In this document: positions 17,592 through 21,649 of the stretch, piece after piece
Numbering within the stretch: position 1 is the stretch's first letter
Layout of the letters: each line of letters begins with the position of its first letter
DNA from: Myxococcales bacterium
Lineage (GTDB): Bacteria; Myxococcota_A; Polyangia; Haliangiales; Haliangiaceae
Direction: 5' to 3'
Length of the DNA stretch: 21,649 nucleotides
NCBI GenBank assembly: GCA_016706545.1
Contig: JADJJK010000031.1
Location: 1 to 21,649, forward strand
Translations under genes and position numbers: made by a program
Notes under the pieces: model-generated
Told to the model about the DNA's origin: nothing
Databases searched by the model: none
Seen by the model: only the letters and a program-made list of their open reading frames with translations

Positions 17592-18554
17592 GTGAGTCAC
17601 AAATTCAACGCGACCATTCAGCATCGAGACGACGTCAGCTACGTAAAGCTGGCGGGCGTCATCGACGAGGACAATGAGCTCGCCAACATCGTAGAGCGGA
17701 TTCCTCGAGGGACAGCCGTGATCGATCTCGGAGAGATCGAGCGGATCAACTCTTGTGGAGTTCGCGACTGGGTGAACTGGCTCAGTCGGCTCGAGGCCCA
17801 AGGTACGCGAGCGATCCTGGTCGAGTGTTCGCCGGCGATCGTCGCCCAGATAAACCTCGTCAACAACTTCACCGGCACGGGCGTGGTGAAGAGCTTCTTC
17901 GTTCCCTATTTCTGCCCCGAGTGCGACGAAGAGAAGGTCTTGCTGGTCGAGACCTCGGACATGGGGCCTCCGCCGCACGAGCCGCCGATGTGCCGGTGCG
18001 ATGAGTGCGATCTGGTCATGGACTTCGATGACATGCCAGACTCGTACTTTGCGTTCCTCTCCAACTCGAGGAAGTACGCAGAGGCGGAGAAGGTCAGCGG
18101 CGCCATCCGCGACATGGGCGGGCCCTCCGAGCCTTCGGACAAGGCGCGGGTTCGCTCGCGCGTCAGCTCGCCAGCCATCGCGCCCTCGCCCAAGGGCGCT
18201 CCGCCCGGTCTGCCGGGGCGGCCGAGCGCACCTAACCGGCTGTCGGCTCCACCTTCCTACGGTGCCCCAGGCGCCGCGGGCGCGCGTCCAGGTCTTCCAA
18301 GCTTTCCGCCCCGTGGCCCCTCGAACCTCGGCGGGCCGAACCCGATGTCAAATGGCGGCGGCCTGGGCCCGCTGCCACCGTCGGGGCCGATGTCGTCAGC
18401 GCCAGCGACCGCTGGCATGGCGCCGCTCGGCATGGGCATGGGGCCGCTGCAAGGCGCCGCCCCGGCCCGGCGCGGCAACGCCACGATCTACACGCTGGTG
18501 GGGGTCCTGGTGGTCGCGATCGGCGTGCTCGGCTACCTGCTGCTGACGCGCTGA
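17592..18554 (+). CDS. Tail-anchored STAS-domain protein (anti-sigma-factor-antagonist-like) with an internal 4-Cys zinc ribbon and a Pro/Gly-rich linker
   Basis: GTG start. The N-terminus is STAS/SpoIIAA-like ([16 protein letters not shown]...[23 protein letters not shown]), with a conserved Ser at the phospho-site position (INSCG). Then comes CPECDEE...(about 25 aa)...CRCDECD (C-x2-C ... C-x-C-x2-C), an approximately 130-aa P/G/S/A low-complexity segment, and a C-terminal TM helix [20 protein letters not shown]. The upstream region is unusually AT-rich. Confidence 0.75.
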   Translation: MSHKFNATIQHRDDVSYVKLAGVIDEDNELANIVERIPRGTAVIDLGEIERINSCGVRDWVNWLSRLEAQGTRAILVECSPAIVAQINLVNNFTGTGVVKSFFVPYFCPECDEEKVLLVETSDMGPPPHEPPMCRCDECDLVMDFDDMPDSYFAFLSNSRKYAEAEKVSGAIRDMGGPSEPSDKARVRSRVSSPAIAPSPKGAPPGLPGRPSAPNRLSAPPSYGAPGAAGARPGLPSFPPRGPSNLGGPNPMSNGGGLGPLPPSGPMSSAPATAGMAPLGMGMGPLQGAAPARRGNATIYTLVGVLVVAIGVLGYLLLTR

Positions 18555-18682
18555 GCTGGCTTTGGCCGGCGCCCGCCGCGCTTGGCCTGGCGGGTGTCGA
18601 GGCGCGCCGACGCCGGCGGGTGTCGAGGCGCAGCGACGAAGCGTTCCTGGGAGAGCGGCCTGGGAGAGCGGCCTGGGAGCGG

Positions 18683-19234
18683 CTAGACGATCAGCCCCTT
18701 CTTGTAGTCCAGCAGCTCCTTCTGCGTCTTGAGCAGGAGCTGGTTAGTCTCCAGCAGCTCCTTGGTGCGTATGCGGACCTGGTTGGCGAGCCGCTGTCGC
18801 TCCTGGGCCTCGCGCTCCAGGATGTCCTGGTACTTCATCTGCACGTCCGCCTCGTCGGTGACGTTGCGCTGGATCTCGAGCGCGCCCACCGCGACCCCGT
18901 GCTCATCCGTGATGGGCACGGCCGACAAGATGAAGCGCATGGTCGCGCCCTCTGGGCCTCCCAGCACGGCGCCCGAGATCTCGTCGAGCCGGACGTGCCG
19001 GTTGTCGGTCCAGCACTGCTGCGCGATGCACTTCGTGGCGCAGATGTTGAATTCGATCACCTCGTAGCAGCGCCGGCCTCTGAGGCCCCTGGCGACCTGC
19101 CGCGGCATCATGGCGAAGAACGCACGATTGAAATCGACGATCCGCCGCTCGGAGTCGACCACGAAGTAGCTATCCACGATCACGCTCGCGACCCGCTTGA
19201 ACTCCGCAAGGAACTTATCGAGCGCAAGCGACAT
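18683..19234 (-). CDS. Stand-alone PAS-domain sensor protein with a 4-Cys cluster and a C-terminal coiled coil
   Basis: PAS-like core [20 protein letters not shown]...[26 protein letters not shown]...[29 protein letters not shown]. Four Cys are spaced C-x9-C-x3-C-x4-C. The C-terminus is heptad-like ([44 protein letters not shown]). It is divergent from the PP2C gene. Confidence 0.7.
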   Translation of the reverse strand: MSLALDKFLAEFKRVASVIVDSYFVVDSERRIVDFNRAFFAMMPRQVARGLRGRRCYEVIEFNICATKCIAQQCWTDNRHVRLDEISGAVLGGPEGATMRFILSAVPITDEHGVAVGALEIQRNVTDEADVQMKYQDILEREAQERQRLANQVRIRTKELLETNQLLLKTQKELLDYKKGLIV

Positions 19235-19633
19235 GTGGTCAACGTATCATGGCCTGTCTCGCTCGCGCTGGTGGGCGGAAGCTCGCGCCAGCGAGACCCG
19301 CTGAACGACTGCCGGATCAAGGCCAGCGGGCCCTGGTCCGGATCAAACCGGTTTCAACTACCAGGGTCGCCGAAACGTGTCTTCCAATACCCTACTTGTC
19401 CATCGTTGAAACCACAGCCGAGCCAGCCAGAGCAACCTGGCCGCGCTCTCGAGGATCCTCGTAGGCTATTGAAATTTCTAATTGGTTCCCAGATCGCCGG
19501 GGGCCGCCAGGTCTCTGGTGCGGGGGGCTTGGCCCAGCGGAAGGCGACCTGCTCGCGCTAGATCACCTTGGTAAGCGCAAATGCTCCAGGAGTTTGACCC
19601 ACCGCGGCCGGCGTCATACCATCCGCTTGCAAC
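19235..19633. promoter_or_regulatory. An approximately 400-bp divergent promoter region between the PAS sensor (-) and PP2C phosphatase (+) genes, carrying several perfect palindromes
   Basis: 12-bp palindrome CGAGGATCCTCG (about 19450-19461); 10-bp AAACCGGTTT (about 19345-19354); 8-bp GAAATTTC (19471-19478); direct repeat CCGGATCAA x2 (about 19309 and 19337, read by eye). GC is locally reduced, and the overlapping ORF 19249..19464 has non-coding codon usage. Confidence 0.4.
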
Positions 19634-21334
19634 ATGGCTAAAAGAGGGGGCCTGAGCGTATCGCTCAAGATGATCGCTACCACCACGCTGCTCGTGGTCG
19701 GTATTATCGTGGGCTTTGGCGTCCTGAACGTCATGAACATCCGCAAGGTGTTCGATGACACGACGGCCGCGCAGATCAAGGTGTTCCGGGATGGTCGGGA
19801 GCTGCTGGGTGACTTTGGAACCCCTGCGTTTGCTCGCGCCGTGGAGCCGATGCTCATCAACCGGCAAGACGCGGAGATGATCGCGCTGCTCGACGGCGCC
19901 GTCCGTCAGGACACGCGAGATCTCGGCGGCAAGCGCGACTACGGCCTCAAGCTGGGCGTCATCCTCGACGGCAACCAGGGGCTGGTCGCGCACTGCTTCG
20001 AAGATGCAGGCAGCGCCGGCGTGCGCTGCAAGCCCGGCTCGCACGAGCCGATCTCCGACACGCTCGGCAAGCTCACGTCGGATGCGTGGAAGGCCGCGCT
20101 GGCGGCGTGGACCGCCGCGTCCGCCGGCAAGGGCGACGTGCTGGTCCGCTTCGATCAGAGCGATGGTGGCTCCAAGTATCGCTTCTTCGCGTTCCCGGTG
20201 TTCGTCAACGGCCCCGCCTCGGCGGCTGGCGCCGCAGCGACAGAGCGGCCCGACGCTCGCCAGGGGTACGTGGTCCTGGGCTATGACCTCGCGCCCATCG
20301 ACACCTTCGCGGGGCTCGCCGAGGAGCGGAAGTCGCAAGCCTCGACCGAGGCCGTGGTCTACACCGGCGCGGTCGGCGTGCTGTTCATCTTGATTGGCAC
20401 GCTCCTGGCGATCTTCCAGGGCCTGTCCATCTCGCGCCCCATCAAGCAGCTCGCCAAGCGCGCAGACCAGATCTCGCGCGGCGACCTGGCGGCGCGAGTC
20501 GAGGTCAAGTCGAGCGACGAGATCGGCGTGCTGGGAGAGAACTTCAACTACATGGCGGATCAGATCGTGGTCCTCCTGCAGCAGACCGCGGAGAAGGCGC
20601 GCATCGAGCAGGAGCTCGAGGTGGCGCGCACCATCCAGGAGACCCTGGTCCCGCCGCCGGACATCGTCGACAAGGGGACGCTGCGCTTCTGCGGGTACTT
20701 CCAGCCTGCGTCGCAGACCGGCGGAGACTGGTGGACCTGGCACGATCTCACCGGCGGCAAGGTGCTGCTCGTGATCGGCGACGTCACCGGCCACGGCGTG
20801 CCGTCCGCGATGATCACCGCGGCGGCCAAGGCCGCGTGTGACGTGGCGCGCGCCGTCCACAACGACGACGTCACGGTGAGCCGCCTGCTCGAGATCATGA
20901 ACTACGCGATCTTCGAGAGCGCCAAGCGCAAGTTCGTCATGACCTGCTTTGCCTCCATCATCGACACCCGGCGGCGCACCATCACGTACGCCAACGCCGG
21001 GCACAACTTCCCGTATCTGCTGCGTGGCAACGAGTTCGCCACCATGATGATCCGCGGCAACCGCCTGGGCGATGTCCGCGAGTCGCAGTACGAGGCCAAG
21101 ACCATCGAGCTGTCGCCGGGCGACGTGCTCATCTGGTACACGGACGGCATCGTCGAGTGCGAGAACCGCAGCGGGGAGGAGTGGGGCGAGAAGCGGTTCC
21201 GGGCGGCGGTCAAGCGAGCGGCGAGCCTCGACTCCGCGCAGATGCGCGACGCCATCGTCGCCGATTCTCGAGATTTCTATTCCGATGTTCCGCGCAAGGA
21301 CGACATCACCATGGTTGTCGGGAGGATCTATTGA
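19634..21334 (+). CDS. Membrane sensor Ser/Thr phosphatase: TM1 - periplasmic domain (about 230 aa) - TM2 - HAMP - PP2C/SpoIIE (RsbU-like) phosphatase
   Basis: TM helices MIATTTLLVVGIIVGFGVLNV and AVVYTGAVGVLFILIGTLLAIF. HAMP linker ISRPIKQLAKRADQISRGDLAARVEV...IGVLGENFNYMADQI. PP2C motifs ...FQPASQTGGDWWTW...LLVIGDVTGHGVPSAMITA...ITYANAGHNFPYLL...VLIWYTDGIVE. Coordinates are taken from the ORF track. Confidence 0.9.
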   Translation: MAKRGGLSVSLKMIATTTLLVVGIIVGFGVLNVMNIRKVFDDTTAAQIKVFRDGRELLGDFGTPAFARAVEPMLINRQDAEMIALLDGAVRQDTRDLGGKRDYGLKLGVILDGNQGLVAHCFEDAGSAGVRCKPGSHEPISDTLGKLTSDAWKAALAAWTAASAGKGDVLVRFDQSDGGSKYRFFAFPVFVNGPASAAGAAATERPDARQGYVVLGYDLAPIDTFAGLAEERKSQASTEAVVYTGAVGVLFILIGTLLAIFQGLSISRPIKQLAKRADQISRGDLAARVEVKSSDEIGVLGENFNYMADQIVVLLQQTAEKARIEQELEVARTIQETLVPPPDIVDKGTLRFCGYFQPASQTGGDWWTWHDLTGGKVLLVIGDVTGHGVPSAMITAAAKAACDVARAVHNDDVTVSRLLEIMNYAIFESAKRKFVMTCFASIIDTRRRTITYANAGHNFPYLLRGNEFATMMIRGNRLGDVRESQYEAKTIELSPGDVLIWYTDGIVECENRSGEEWGEKRFRAAVKRAASLDSAQMRDAIVADSRDFYSDVPRKDDITMVVGRIY

Positions 21335-21649
21335 TGTACGAGCTGTCCACGCGACGATTCCACGCGCGGAAGAGCAGTTGGCGCGTGCTGGTGCTGGCCT
21401 GGGTGGCCCTGTGTGGGCTGGCATCCACGGTCCTGGCACAAGCAGAAGACGACTTGCGCGAAGGCGACCGGTACTTCGAGGAGGGCGAGTGGCGCAAGGC
21501 GTCATCTGCGTATGACCGCGCCATCCGGCAGTATCCTCGGCAGGTCGCCGCGGAGGCCTATGCCAAGCGGGCCACCATCTACATCATCCTCAAGGACTAC
21601 AAGAGCGGCCTCGCGTTCGTCAACGACACCGCCAAGACGGTCCACCCGA
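21334..21649 (+). CDS. Secreted or periplasmic TPR-repeat protein, N-terminal part; 3' end lies outside the window
   Basis: Its ATG overlaps the TGA of the PP2C gene (TGATG). The N-terminus MYELSTRRFHARKSSWRVLVLAWVALCGLASTVLAQA looks like a signal peptide. It is followed by a TPR-like sequence (GDRYFEEGEWRKASSAYDRAIRQYPRQVAAEAYAKRATIYIILKDYKSGLAF). The frame stays open to the window end, and the start may be off by 1 nt. Confidence 0.5.
   Translation, partial: MYELSTRRFHARKSSWRVLVLAWVALCGLASTVLAQAEDDLREGDRYFEEGEWRKASSAYDRAIRQYPRQVAAEAYAKRATIYIILKDYKSGLAFVNDTAKTVHP

Noticed and set aside
17182-17595. 137-aa ORF spanning the AT-rich island, and the 71-aa ORF 19249..19464
   Set aside because: Many codons end in A or T, and amino-acid composition is random. 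In this genome real genes show near-exclusive G/C third positions.
19478-21505. 675-aa ORF on the minus strand exactly antisense to the PP2C phosphatase gene
   Set aside because: The product is Arg/Ala/Gly/Asp-rich with no recognisable domain. It is the mirror frame of a well-supported gene. Long antisense ORFs are expected at about 70% GC because stop codons are rare.

Overview
This is a very GC-rich window (about 70% by eye) with near-saturating G/C at codon third positions. That composition, plus giant TPR and HEAT repeat proteins, Ala/Pro/Arg-rich low-complexity tails and many short intergenic tandem repeats, suggests a Myxococcota-like (Sorangium/Polyangium-type) chromosome; this is inference. 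I support 14 protein-coding genes and found no rRNA, tRNA, CRISPR array, transposase or integrase, so this is chromosomal rather than obviously mobile DNA. The high GC also produces many long antisense ORFs in the six-frame track, which I reject. Genes in order: a 3'-partial PHP-family phosphoesterase; a 75-aa peptide with a textbook double-glycine leader; an EVE domain protein with a histone H1-like tail, translationally coupled to a small TPR-like protein; Fe superoxide dismutase (sodB) behind a perfect 16-bp palindrome; an NTF2-like lipoprotein; a 1330-aa AAA+ ATPase-TM-HEAT repeat protein divergent from an ABC ATPase plus membrane permease pair; a roughly 2100-aa TPR protein preceded by a 580-bp nest of microsatellites; a tail-anchored STAS-zinc ribbon protein; a 4-Cys PAS sensor; and a TM-HAMP-PP2C phosphatase coupled to a secreted TPR protein. 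The three most interesting candidates are the orphan GG-leader peptide gene flanked by tandem-repeat arrays, the AAA+/TM/HEAT plus ABC plus giant-TPR cluster, and an unorthodox membrane-tethered partner-switching (STAS/PP2C/PAS) module. Positions I read directly off the sequence lines (palindromes, repeat boundaries) may be off by a base; CDS coordinates are cross-checked against the ORF track.
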